A stretch of 64,000 nucleotides of DNA, taken from the NCBI GenBank assembly GCA_015062545.1, contig SUUL01000002.1:19175-83174 (forward strand), written 5' to 3'. A model generated the notes under the pieces. The model was not told the DNA's origin, searched no databases, and saw only the letters and a program-made list of their open reading frames with translations. Origin of the DNA: Alphaproteobacteria bacterium. GTDB taxonomy: Bacteria > Pseudomonadota > Alphaproteobacteria > Rs-D84. Of the stretch, positions 26,697-36,179 are shown in pieces; position 1 is the first letter of the stretch; each line of letters starts with the position of its first letter. The translations under genes were made by a program, and so were the position numbers.

Positions 26697-26734
26697 ATTC
26701 ACATGTGTTTTTACAAAACATGTCAATGTTTTGT

Positions 26735-26764
26735 AAAATTAAAATCCCCCATGTGGGGGATTTT
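26735..26764 (-). terminator. Terminator of Cys-rich gene B (paralogous to 5276-5298)
   Basis: AAAATCCCCC-ATGT-GGGGGATTTT directly after the stop. An AT hairpin TTACAAAACAT/ATGTTTTGTAA lies just downstream at 26711-26736. Confidence 0.65.
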
Positions 26765-26765
26765 T

Positions 26766-29700
26766 TTATTTACTGTACGAACAACTGGGGTTAAATTTGT
26801 ACGTACCATGTCCACCCTTGAAACTGTAAGTGGATGGAATTTTGCACGCGCCAATATCGGTGGATGCGGTTGATTCCGTTGTACCATATACCGTTACATT
26901 GGTGGTGCTTTTTACACCGTATGCCGGACAATCTTTGCACGATGTTTTTCCTGTTTCATCTTGATAGTCGCCCACCGAGCATGCCTGTTTAGCATACGTA
27001 CCATTCCAACCTTCTTGCGAGAAATTTGTCAGCCCATAATACCCCTTTGGCACCGGTGTGTCACAGCGCATCATATCAATCGCACGGGCGGATATTGTGC
27101 TTTCACATGAATACACATACCCGTCCAGTTCGTCTGACCAGTCAGAGCCATTACATTCCTGTTCAAAATCATACGGATAGTAAAAATCCAATCCGACCAA
27201 ACAATTCCCGTCTGCATCATAATCTGCGCAATCAGTTTGATCCCACGATGAATAATAAACACACAATGGGCGACCCAGACTGTCAAAACCATATCCATTA
27301 CAGTCATAATCAGCGTAGTTGCCATCTTGGAATTTTGCACCCGATGCATCGTAATATCCACCGCCACATTCCAAGGCATTGTATGTACAATCCCAATTTT
27401 TGAAATCATCTGCTAATTCGCATTTCAAATCATAGATTTTCAGCCCCGCGTTTTCAATGGTATCATACGTATGGGCGCACTTTGTACTGCCCGGGGTCCA
27501 ATTTACAAAGTCTTCATACTTGGACGTTGGTAATTCGCAGTCATAGCATTGTCCATGCTTATTATATTGCCTTTCGCCACATGAATCGGCACATGTTAAC
27601 CCAATACGGTTACGAAAATTTTGTAATGTGGTGCTATAATCTTCCCTCATGTCATCATACCAATAATTCATACATCTTTCTTCAAATTCATAACGATCTC
27701 CAGGATAGACAACAAAGTTTAAATTATACTTGCATCTGTAATAATCTGCAGTACCAGGTTGATATGCATCCCCACATATTTCGTCAAGATTGCAATAGTT
27801 ACTATCCTCGTAATCAGAACCTGATTTGGTCATGTAATTATACCATACGTCTGCGAATTCACAGTTGTCATCCGCAACATCATCAATATGTTCCCCGTTA
27901 TAGCATCCCAAATATGTTGCAATATTATTCTCGTCGTACCAATCGCCATTATACAGCTCATTATAATCTTCGCAATTCAGCAATACGCGCGATATTGTCA
28001 GTGGGTCACTGTACGCTTCATTAAAATTACGATAATTGCACGCCGCATCGGTATAGCCATGTTCATCTATCTCATTAAACAGATGTTCGTAATTACACAA
28101 TGGTTTACAGTTTATGCCCAGTTCGTTTGCAGCCTTGTCCAACCAATACGACATCCGGTCAGAGTTTTGCAACTCATTTTCACCGATTTCATCCCAAAAA
28201 CTGTCGACCACATTCATGTATGCATCAACACGACCAGAATCGACCGCGTCTTGCAATGCTTTGTTCAGGTATTTTTGTGTATCGCTTGGGTATTTACTGA
28301 AACTGCCATAACATTCTGTTTCGTCGGTTTCTTCGTTTGCAGAACAAGTTATAGTATCGCTACCATTATAATAACTGTTTAAAAAACCTGCCAGTAAAAC
28401 GCAATTATAACCATCTGTACGTGTTGTATCAAAATAACATGACATGCCATTTGCCGCCAATAAATCTTGTGCATCAAAATTATTAAAATACCCTCCAGTA
28501 CAATCTATATCTATGTAATTTACTATCGCGTTACATGTGGATGTGCCATTTAACGCCTTGATACATTTGTTATATGCCACTGTACCAGATGCACCAAACT
28601 GGGAACAAACGTCTGACAATGCACCATTTTCCCCGTCTTCACATGGTGAAGCACAACTGTCAGTGTTATAATAATCAAATGCCGCCTTCAGATAACTACA
28701 TTCTTCATCATTCGTTGGACAGTTGTTTGCCATATAATCGCTTATATAATTCCTAACCGTTGAAGCGGCCGCTTCTTCATCCCCACCGTTTGTGTTGTAT
28801 TCGCTGTCCAACGCGGCAAGTATTTTTTTACAATGTTCAGATTCATTTTCAGATACATAGTCTTCACAATCGGAATCACCTTCACAGGTGTAGTAAGCAT
28901 CATTGAGACAAAATTCATTTCTGCGTTCAGAAATATCGCTGTATTCATCTTCATAGTAGCCCGGTCCCCACCAAGCATCAATAACCACATTGGCATAGTT
29001 GTCAGAACACTCAATATCGCCCAACAGCCCAGCAATTGGTACATAACACGATGCACCATATTGTTCGTTCGCATACATATTAACATCGGTCAGATTCAAG
29101 GTTGTGCCGGTATCTTCTCCTCCCCATACGCCTCGTATGATACTTGAATACGCACATGCGTTAATCTGCATATGGTTTTGACATTCCAAATCGTCCGATT
29201 CGCAGACTTTTAAAAACGATGGGGAATACTCGCCACAATCACTAGTGTCCACATAAATTGTGCCCAGATTTACACCAACCACAAAATTCTTTAAATAGTC
29301 ACAATTAATTTCAAAATCATGTCCCCCACAGTCCACACACATATCTGTTGCACACCTTCCGCTGCCTTCATCACCAGTGGTACATGAGTACGCCCATCCA
29401 TATTCGTCATAGACCGTTAAACCGAGACAGTCGTTCTGATCCACCACTTCTTCCGCTGCACACGGGTCGGATGTATCATAATCGGAACCGGGTTCTGAAT
29501 CGCATACTTCTTCCCAAGATGCACCTTGACCACACCAACCATCAAAACATTCATCGTTACAGCTGGACAGACTGGTAAATTCGCCCATATTGGTACCACA
29601 ACAGTAAAAGTAGCCATCAGCATCGCTGCCGCTATCTTCTTCATCATCCCAACCTTCACCCACACTGCCGCCAACACCTTCGCAACCGCCGGCAAGGCCA

Positions 29701-29870
29701 GATGACGCGTCAGACTCGCAATCTTCTTTGGAACCGTATATTTGCCCAGTCCAGTTTACCCACACATCACAATCCCCCGTATCTTCACAAGCGTACGATA
29801 CGGTTGGAGTCAAAACAGCCGGCACAAAAACAACAAACAACGATAATGCAAAAATAATCAGTTTCTTCAT
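26766..29870 (-). CDS. Secreted Cys/Asp/Tyr-rich protein with ephrin-receptor-like repeats, expanded paralogue B
   Basis: 1034 aa. Signal peptide MKKLIIFALSLFVVFVPAVLTPTVSYA. N-terminal block DADGYFYCCGTNMGEF...CNDECFDGWC and C-terminal CSVGDYQDETGKTSCKDCP...GGHGTYKFNPSCSYSK are homologous to gene A. Confidence 0.8.
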   Translation of the reverse strand: MKKLIIFALSLFVVFVPAVLTPTVSYACEDTGDCDVWVNWTGQIYGSKEDCESDASSGLAGGCEGVGGSVGEGWDDEEDSGSDADGYFYCCGTNMGEFTSLSSCNDECFDGWCGQGASWEEVCDSEPGSDYDTSDPCAAEEVVDQNDCLGLTVYDEYGWAYSCTTGDEGSGRCATDMCVDCGGHDFEINCDYLKNFVVGVNLGTIYVDTSDCGEYSPSFLKVCESDDLECQNHMQINACAYSSIIRGVWGGEDTGTTLNLTDVNMYANEQYGASCYVPIAGLLGDIECSDNYANVVIDAWWGPGYYEDEYSDISERRNEFCLNDAYYTCEGDSDCEDYVSENESEHCKKILAALDSEYNTNGGDEEAAASTVRNYISDYMANNCPTNDEECSYLKAAFDYYNTDSCASPCEDGENGALSDVCSQFGASGTVAYNKCIKALNGTSTCNAIVNYIDIDCTGGYFNNFDAQDLLAANGMSCYFDTTRTDGYNCVLLAGFLNSYYNGSDTITCSANEETDETECYGSFSKYPSDTQKYLNKALQDAVDSGRVDAYMNVVDSFWDEIGENELQNSDRMSYWLDKAANELGINCKPLCNYEHLFNEIDEHGYTDAACNYRNFNEAYSDPLTISRVLLNCEDYNELYNGDWYDENNIATYLGCYNGEHIDDVADDNCEFADVWYNYMTKSGSDYEDSNYCNLDEICGDAYQPGTADYYRCKYNLNFVVYPGDRYEFEERCMNYWYDDMREDYSTTLQNFRNRIGLTCADSCGERQYNKHGQCYDCELPTSKYEDFVNWTPGSTKCAHTYDTIENAGLKIYDLKCELADDFKNWDCTYNALECGGGYYDASGAKFQDGNYADYDCNGYGFDSLGRPLCVYYSSWDQTDCADYDADGNCLVGLDFYYPYDFEQECNGSDWSDELDGYVYSCESTISARAIDMMRCDTPVPKGYYGLTNFSQEGWNGTYAKQACSVGDYQDETGKTSCKDCPAYGVKSTTNVTVYGTTESTASTDIGACKIPSTYSFKGGHGTYKFNPSCSYSK

Positions 29871-29895
29871 TCCCCTTTCCCCCTGTTCAGGTAAT

Positions 29896-29998
29896 AAAAA
29901 ACCGCAATATTTTATTAAAGCGGTTGGAGGTTAGAAACTACTATAAGGAATAGCGGGCTTATTCAATTTATTCACCACCCTCCAACCCGTGGTTGGAG
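29896..29998 (-). promoter_or_regulatory. Attenuator-like insert in the leader of Cys-rich gene B
   Basis: On minus-strand RNA: CUCCAACC-ACG-GGUUGGAG hairpin. The alternative pairing is GGUUGGAGG with CCUCCAACC 48 nt downstream. Terminator-like AACCGC-14 nt-GCGGUU-UUUU shares AACC with that alternative helix. Confidence 0.45.
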
Positions 29999-30017
29999 TG
30001 ATTTTCATCAATTCTGA

Positions 30018-30070
30018 TGCCTTATAAGTGGTTTCTACGCCACATCATGACAACTCATCATGACATGATC
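30018..30070 (-). promoter_or_regulatory. Conserved 5' leader, copy B (dyad 30040-30068)
   Basis: Same 104-nt block as 6974-7077, at a constant offset. Confidence 0.6.
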
Positions 30071-30099
30071 ACTATAGTAAAATGCAAAATTTATTGCAA
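30071..30099 (-). promoter_or_regulatory. Sigma-70-type promoter of Cys-rich gene B
   Basis: Minus strand reads TTGCAA-17 nt-TATAGT. Confidence 0.6.
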
Positions 30100-30273
30100 C
30101 AGCAAAAATAGGTATTTTTTAGTAAAATAAACATAAACAAAATTTTTGCGAAAAAAAATTGTAAAATATACCGCTGCTGTTTCCTGCGCCCGGGGGATTA
30201 ACGGTCAATGGTTAAATAATATCAGTAAATAAAAATTTTATATTATGTAATATGAAGTTTCTTAAAAACATAT

Positions 30274-30298
30274 ATAAAATCCCGCCTGATGGCGGGAT
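30274..30298 (-). terminator. Terminator after rpsD
   Basis: AATCCCGCC-TGAT-GGCGGGATT with a U-run on the minus strand. Confidence 0.7.
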
Positions 30299-30317
30299 TC
30301 TTCTTTTCCCCGTTCTA

Positions 30318-30950
30318 TTAACGAGAATAGAATTCAACAACCAATTCTGGTGACATCTGTACCGGATATGGAACGTCTTCAAACGCAGGTACGCGTGTGA
30401 ATGTCGCTGTGAAGTTCGCACTGTCAACAGATACATAGTCCGCAAAGTTGCGTTCCGCAGATTCCAATGCCAATACCACCAATGGCATCTGTTTGGCTTT
30501 TTCACTGACGGTGATGACATCGCCAGGATTTACACGATAAGATGCAATCTTAACGCGTTTGCCATTAACATAGATGTGACCATGGCTGATTAACTGACGT
30601 GAAGAGAATACAGTTGGTGCCAATTTTGCACGATATACAACCGCATCCAAACGGCGTTCCAGTAAACCAATCAAGTTTTCTGGGGTGTCGCCCTTCATAT
30701 TGTTCGCTTCGTCATAATACTTATGGAACTTCTTTTCACCGATGTTGCCATAATAACCCTTTAATGTCTGCTTGGCACGCATCTGTTTTGCGTAATCTGA
30801 TGAATTACCACCACGTGATGTTGGACCATGCTGACCCGGTTTGTATTTACGTTTGTTAAATGGAGATTTTGCCTGACCCCACAGGTTTACACCCAGGGAA
30901 CGAGCAATCTTCAATTTGCGTGTGCTGCGCTTTGCGCCTGCTCTTGCCAT
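30318..30950 (-). CDS. rpsD: 30S ribosomal protein S4
   Basis: Start trimmed to MARAGAKRSTRKLKIARSLG. YGNIGEKKF and the S4 RNA-binding domain RLDAVVYRAKLAPT. Confidence 0.95.
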   Translation of the reverse strand: MARAGAKRSTRKLKIARSLGVNLWGQAKSPFNKRKYKPGQHGPTSRGGNSSDYAKQMRAKQTLKGYYGNIGEKKFHKYYDEANNMKGDTPENLIGLLERRLDAVVYRAKLAPTVFSSRQLISHGHIYVNGKRVKIASYRVNPGDVITVSEKAKQMPLVVLALESAERNFADYVSVDSANFTATFTRVPAFEDVPYPVQMSPELVVEFYSR

Positions 30951-31100
30951 AGTTTTTTTCCTTTGTTTTTGGTTTTTACGGTGCCAAGTATTTGACAGAA
31001 TCCTTATCGCGGGCGGGACCAAAAAAGCACCGCCGTTTAATCAGTTCTGATTACCCAGCGGAGCCTAGTTTATAGTGTTTTATTCAAAAAATCAAGCATT

Positions 31101-31709
31101 TTATTCGTGTTGACCACGCATGGCCGCATTAAATCTGGCCCTTTGCGTTTCTGTCAACTTTCTGATTTTATCCGTAAATTCTTGTGATCCTCTAAATTCA
31201 ACAACAGGATGACCACCATAACCAGGTCTGTGATATATACGCATATCGTGATTTTCTGGATCACAGAACGTATAGGCAATTTCTTTATATTCAGGATCTG
31301 TATCCACTAATGATGTTTCTTCATACTGAACCAAATTACGTGCAATAATATCATGTGTCACAGACTCTAGCGTGGCTGGCTTTAATCGTTTGGTTGCATC
31401 ATTTAATTTTTCTGCAGTCGTCTTGTTTGTTTTGGCTTCATAAAACTGCTGTGCCTGCGTTTGATGCTGATGCTCTACCGCTTTCCAGGTATCATCAGAC
31501 AAACGGAATCGCACACCTGCAGCCCCGCCCATTCCCGGCTTGTGAAAGATTTCAATATCCCCACCATGTGGACTAGCAAACGTCCATTCTTCTCCCTCTT
31601 CTAAAATATCGTCAGTATCTTGTGATGTTTTTAATGTATAGTTTATAATGTTCTGTTCCGCCAGCTTTAAAACCAACTGTTCCAGTGTTTGCTGTTGTTT
31701 TTCTGCCAT
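31101..31709 (-). CDS. Hypothetical protein built from two copies of a ~80-aa module
   Basis: WTFASPHGGDIEIFHKPGMGGAAGVRFR aligns with YTFCDPENHDMRIYHRPGYGGHPVVEFR. Confidence 0.6.
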   Translation of the reverse strand: MAEKQQQTLEQLVLKLAEQNIINYTLKTSQDTDDILEEGEEWTFASPHGGDIEIFHKPGMGGAAGVRFRLSDDTWKAVEHQHQTQAQQFYEAKTNKTTAEKLNDATKRLKPATLESVTHDIIARNLVQYEETSLVDTDPEYKEIAYTFCDPENHDMRIYHRPGYGGHPVVEFRGSQEFTDKIRKLTETQRARFNAAMRGQHE

Positions 31710-31765
31710 TTTTTACTCCTTTTATGAGTGTATGGTAACACAAAATATACGCAGAAGCAAGGACA

Positions 31766-32617
31766 CTATCTGTTTTTTTCGTCAAGTCTAAGTGTGTTCA
31801 AGGTCAAAAAGTTTTTAATCCTATAATCTTGTGCCAGTGCCCGCGCAACATCAAAATGACGACCGATTTGGGACACATGATGCGCATCATCGCTGATTAA
31901 TACAGGAATGTTTTCCTGTGCAACCCGTTCCAGAATTTGCGCCGATGGATACATCGCACCGCATTGTTTTATGCCGCTGGTGTTAATCTCTAGCGGGGTT
32001 TTGTTGCGGGAAATTATGTCCAAAGCACGGTCTTGGGCATCTTGCGCCACCACAGAACACCCCAAGCCAACCTTCTTGGGTAAATCAAGGTGCGCCATAA
32101 AGGTAAATAAACCAGATGAGGCAGCCTGAGCAATCTTGTCCCAATATAATTTCAACATGGCCGCCCTGTCCACATCGTTCGCCATCGCCATATCATGGAC
32201 ATTGCACAGACGACCACCATATTCAATGAAATGACACGAACCAATTATATAATCTGGTCGCAAAATTTTTATCGCACGCGTAAAGCCACGATACCAAGCA
32301 GGAGTGTGAAAATAGTCAACCTCCATCCCGCGCAGAATCCTTGTGCCAGATTGGGTGGCAGCCTGGTCTATTTCGGCATAATTTGTCGTAAAATCGCGTA
32401 TCGTGTCCGCAAATGTCGTGTGATACATGTTTGCATAACCGCCACGTACCGCAAATGGATAAAACTGCGCATCGCAGATATCTGGATGTACAATAAAGTG
32501 ATTTGATATGCCAATCGCAGACATACCTAAATCTTTTGCCCGTTGAGCCATTTCCGATACAGTATTCTTGCCGTCAAATATGTCGGTGTGCGTGTGTAAT
32601 GTAAAGTCTTGAGCCAT
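31766..32617 (-). CDS. PHP-family phosphoesterase (histidinol-phosphatase-like)
   Basis: LHTHTDIFDGK N-terminal PHP motif. Internal HF..., MAHLD and DDAHH metal-ligand motifs. Confidence 0.75.
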   Translation of the reverse strand: MAQDFTLHTHTDIFDGKNTVSEMAQRAKDLGMSAIGISNHFIVHPDICDAQFYPFAVRGGYANMYHTTFADTIRDFTTNYAEIDQAATQSGTRILRGMEVDYFHTPAWYRGFTRAIKILRPDYIIGSCHFIEYGGRLCNVHDMAMANDVDRAAMLKLYWDKIAQAASSGLFTFMAHLDLPKKVGLGCSVVAQDAQDRALDIISRNKTPLEINTSGIKQCGAMYPSAQILERVAQENIPVLISDDAHHVSQIGRHFDVARALAQDYRIKNFLTLNTLRLDEKNR

Positions 32618-32629
32618 TATATCACCACC

Positions 32630-33277
32630 CTAGGGCCGAAAATACGGATTGTTTTTATGCAACCAATCAATCGTTGTGTCCATCCCATGACCATGTATAA
32701 CCCCCGTATCAGACGGCAAGTTCATATTATAAATGTGCGCGATTGACTGAAACAGCATATTCTTGTCACCACCAGGTAAGTCATAGCGACCAATATCGGC
32801 TTGGAATAACGTGTCGCCAATCAACAATACCTTTTCGTCCGGAAAATGATATGCCACACCACCCGGCGTATGCCCAGGTGTTTCAATAATATCCATGCGC
32901 AGCCCAGGCAAGATTTCTGTGGATTTGATTTCCAATGGTGTTGGACGCGTATCATTAACATTAATCGGCGGCAATCCAAAATGTTCCAGTAATCCATTAC
33001 CCCAACCAACCAGACGAAAATCACCACTGTGCAAATACCACGGAACATTATATTTTTGCGCCAATGCAGGTGCCGCCGCAATATGATCCGGGTGACCGTG
33101 GGTTGCGTATATCGCACGTAAATTCAATCCACGTTCGTCTAAAATACGACACCAATCGTCCGCACGACCCCATGGGTCAAATATTACACAATCTTTGCCA
33201 GACGTAACCAGCACAGACTGGGTGTTTTGCGGTTCCATTTGGAACAGTGTAAAATTATCATTTTTTAGATACTGCAT
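32630..33277 (-). CDS. MBL-fold metallo-hydrolase (glyoxalase II-like)
   Basis: ATHGHPDHIAAAP (HxHxDH), TPGHTPGG. Start trimmed to MQYLKNDNF. Confidence 0.8.
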   Translation of the reverse strand: MQYLKNDNFTLFQMEPQNTQSVLVTSGKDCVIFDPWGRADDWCRILDERGLNLRAIYATHGHPDHIAAAPALAQKYNVPWYLHSGDFRLVGWGNGLLEHFGLPPINVNDTRPTPLEIKSTEILPGLRMDIIETPGHTPGGVAYHFPDEKVLLIGDTLFQADIGRYDLPGGDKNMLFQSIAHIYNMNLPSDTGVIHGHGMDTTIDWLHKNNPYFRP

Positions 33278-35180
33278 TTTTACGCGTTTTAGTTGCTTTT
33301 TTGGTTGCCGATTTTTTGGCTTCCTTGCCAAACACAATTTCGCGGATTTCCGCACCCGTCAAGGTTTCGCGTGCCAGCAATTCGGTTGCCAATTTTTCAA
33401 CGGTCTTTTTGTTCTTGGTCAAATGTTTGGTAGCATCTGCGTGCGCCGCATCCAACCATGCGCGAATTTCAGAATCAACCAATTCTGCCGTCTTTTCAGA
33501 TGCGTTTTCCAACGCACCACGAACGCCAAATGTACCAACCTGATTAATCGCAGGTAAACCAACCTTTTTAGACAAGCCAGCAGTCGTTATAGAATAACGT
33601 GCCAAACGTGTCGCCATGGCAATATCACTTTCGGCACCTGTCGTAACCTTGTCAGCACCAAAGAAGATTTCTTCGGCACAACGACCCGCCAAAGCAATAG
33701 ACAAATTCGCACGAACTTCGGCCAAGGTCATGGAAACTTTGTCGTCAATCGGCAAATGCTGAACCATACCAAGGGCGCGACCACGTGGGATAATTGTCGC
33801 CTTGTGAATTGGATCGGCAACGTCTTCGTACATAAGGCTGACAAAGGCATGACCCGCTTCGTGATATGCGGTTAATTTAATGTCTTCTGGGCGCATCTTG
33901 CGAACCTTGCGCGGGCCCATCATGATTTTGTCGCGCGCTTCTTCTATGTCAACAGCGGATATCTTGTCGCGACCATTACGAACAGCGTGCAAGGCTGCTT
34001 CGTTTAACAGGTTTTCCAAGTCCGCCCCAGAAAAGCCGGTTGTGCCACGCGCCAAATCTTGCAGGTTAACACCATCGCCAATTTTTACCTTCTTGGCATA
34101 TAAGTCCAAGATTTCACGGCGACCCGCCATGTCCGGTAATTCAATGTATACCTGACGATCAAAACGACCGGGGCGCAACAATGCCGCATCCAACATATCT
34201 GGACGGTTGGTTGCACCAATCACAATAATACCCGTGTCATTCGCAAACCCATCCATTTCAATCAATAACTGATTCAATGTTTGTTCGCGGTCTTGGTCGT
34301 TATACGAGTGCGTAGAACGCTTTTGACCAATCGCATCAATTTCATCAATAAACAAAATACATGGGGCGTTGCGTTTTGCCATTTCAAAGATTTCTTTTAT
34401 CTTGGCAACACCCAGACCAACAATTATCCCAGAAAAGTCAGACCCAGATGCCGCAAAAAACGGAACGTTCGCTTCGCCTGCAATCGCACGCGCCAACAAG
34501 GTCTTACCCGTTCCCGGCTGGCCCGACAACAGAACACCACGCGGAACACGCGCACCCAATGATTTGTATTTGTCTTTGTTTTTCAAGAAATCTACGATTT
34601 CAGATAATTCTTGCTTTTCAGAATCAATACCGGCAACGTCTTTGAATGTCGTCTTGGGCTTGCCCGTGGCAATCTTGGTTGGGTTTTGACCAATTATACT
34701 GCGACCAATACCAGCAGGTCCACCGCGGCGAAAACCGCGTAAAATCCAGAAGATAAACAGCAAAGTTAAAGCCAATGGTGCAAATGTCGCAACACTTTCC
34801 CAGAACGACTTGGACGTGTCCAATGTTATTGCTGTGCCGCCTTGCGCCAAGGTCGCCAACATTTCTGGATCGTATGTTATCGTGGCGGTATATTTAGTGC
34901 CATCTGCCAATAAACCATGCGCATCATTACCACGAATTGTCATGGTCTTGATATCTGGTGCGCGGCGCAGTACGTCTGAAAAAGACAATTCGACCGGTAC
35001 AGTTTCTGGGACGTTCATATCTGAGGGCATTTGTGGTGTTACGCCACCAATAAAGATTACACGCCCCATCATCGCGATAAACAATGCCACGAATATCATT
35101 AAAAACCAATTTGCACCATCACGTGGCCTGCCAGATTTATTGTTGTTTTTGTTTCTTTTGAAGTCTTTTAAGTTTTTCAT
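33258..35180 (-). CDS. ftsH: ATP-dependent zinc metalloprotease FtsH
   Basis: GQPGTGKTLLARAIAGEA (Walker A), ILFIDEID, SRH, HEAGHA zinc motif. Start trimmed to MKNLKDF. Confidence 0.95.
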   Translation of the reverse strand: MKNLKDFKRNKNNNKSGRPRDGANWFLMIFVALFIAMMGRVIFIGGVTPQMPSDMNVPETVPVELSFSDVLRRAPDIKTMTIRGNDAHGLLADGTKYTATITYDPEMLATLAQGGTAITLDTSKSFWESVATFAPLALTLLFIFWILRGFRRGGPAGIGRSIIGQNPTKIATGKPKTTFKDVAGIDSEKQELSEIVDFLKNKDKYKSLGARVPRGVLLSGQPGTGKTLLARAIAGEANVPFFAASGSDFSGIIVGLGVAKIKEIFEMAKRNAPCILFIDEIDAIGQKRSTHSYNDQDREQTLNQLLIEMDGFANDTGIIVIGATNRPDMLDAALLRPGRFDRQVYIELPDMAGRREILDLYAKKVKIGDGVNLQDLARGTTGFSGADLENLLNEAALHAVRNGRDKISAVDIEEARDKIMMGPRKVRKMRPEDIKLTAYHEAGHAFVSLMYEDVADPIHKATIIPRGRALGMVQHLPIDDKVSMTLAEVRANLSIALAGRCAEEIFFGADKVTTGAESDIAMATRLARYSITTAGLSKKVGLPAINQVGTFGVRGALENASEKTAELVDSEIRAWLDAAHADATKHLTKNKKTVEKLATELLARETLTGAEIREIVFGKEAKKSATKKATKTRKNAVSKK

Positions 35181-36132
35181 TTTTCTTCCTGATACTTGTT
35201 TTTGCGCCTTCGGGAACAATTAATATCTGGCTGTTAAAACGCCGAACCGTACAATGCCCCAAGGTAAATTTACAATTTTCTTGCAACTTACTTAGTGCAA
35301 ATTCCAACGAATTCAAGCGCGGCTGATATTCATTCCCCCCAATTATTTGGATTAACATGCCCAGACACTTTAGACCAATATGACGCGGTACGTCAAATAG
35401 AAAAGAATCAGAAAACAGCGCATAGTCATCGTAAATCACAGAACGAACGCGTGATTCTATGTCGCCAGTCAATGCATCACTGGCACGCGACAGATTTTCA
35501 ATCGCCAATAAAATCCGGTTGTCAGTTATCCCCAGTTTTTCCGACAGTAAATGACGGTTCTTGCGAATTTTTACGCGTGTGTAACTTTCGTCATCGTTCA
35601 TTTCATCTGAAAAATATTTGATTTTATTTGCATCACAGTACGCAATCAGTTCACTGCGAAACGTACTTAATAATGGACGTACAATTTGAATCCCGTTGCG
35701 ATATGTCACAGGACGTATCGCAGACAAGCCTGTCAGACCACTGCCACGTGCCAAATTCATTAAAAACGTTTCAATCTGATCATCCGCCTGATGCGCAATC
35801 ATCAAGGTTTCCACACCATTGTCATGACACCAATCTGTCATAAAACGATAGCGCGCGTCACGGGCCGCCGCTTCGAGCCCAGATGCGGGCTTGGCATCTG
35901 TCCAATCAAAGATATGACACGGGATGTTTAATTTCTGACACAGGTCTGAAACATAGGCAGCTTCGGTGTCTGCAGATGGGCGTAAATGATGGTTGACATG
36001 TAATGCCGTTACGTTTAATCCGCACAATACCAGCCAATGCAACAAGCACACAGAATCAACACCGCCACTGACCGCGACAGCCACAGGCGTATCCGAAAAT
36101 GTGCGAACAAAATCCAAAAACTTTTCGTTCAT
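35137..36132 (-). CDS. tilS: tRNA(Ile)-lysidine synthase
   Basis: VAVSGGVDSVCLL PP-loop. Lies immediately upstream of ftsH. Confidence 0.9.
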   Translation of the reverse strand: MNEKFLDFVRTFSDTPVAVAVSGGVDSVCLLHWLVLCGLNVTALHVNHHLRPSADTEAAYVSDLCQKLNIPCHIFDWTDAKPASGLEAAARDARYRFMTDWCHDNGVETLMIAHQADDQIETFLMNLARGSGLTGLSAIRPVTYRNGIQIVRPLLSTFRSELIAYCDANKIKYFSDEMNDDESYTRVKIRKNRHLLSEKLGITDNRILLAIENLSRASDALTGDIESRVRSVIYDDYALFSDSFLFDVPRHIGLKCLGMLIQIIGGNEYQPRLNSLEFALSKLQENCKFTLGHCTVRRFNSQILIVPEGAKTSIRKKNEKLKRLQKKQKQQ

Positions 36133-36179
36133 TGTTGTGCTATTTTATGATATAATTTGCAAAAATAAAGGAAAAAGAA

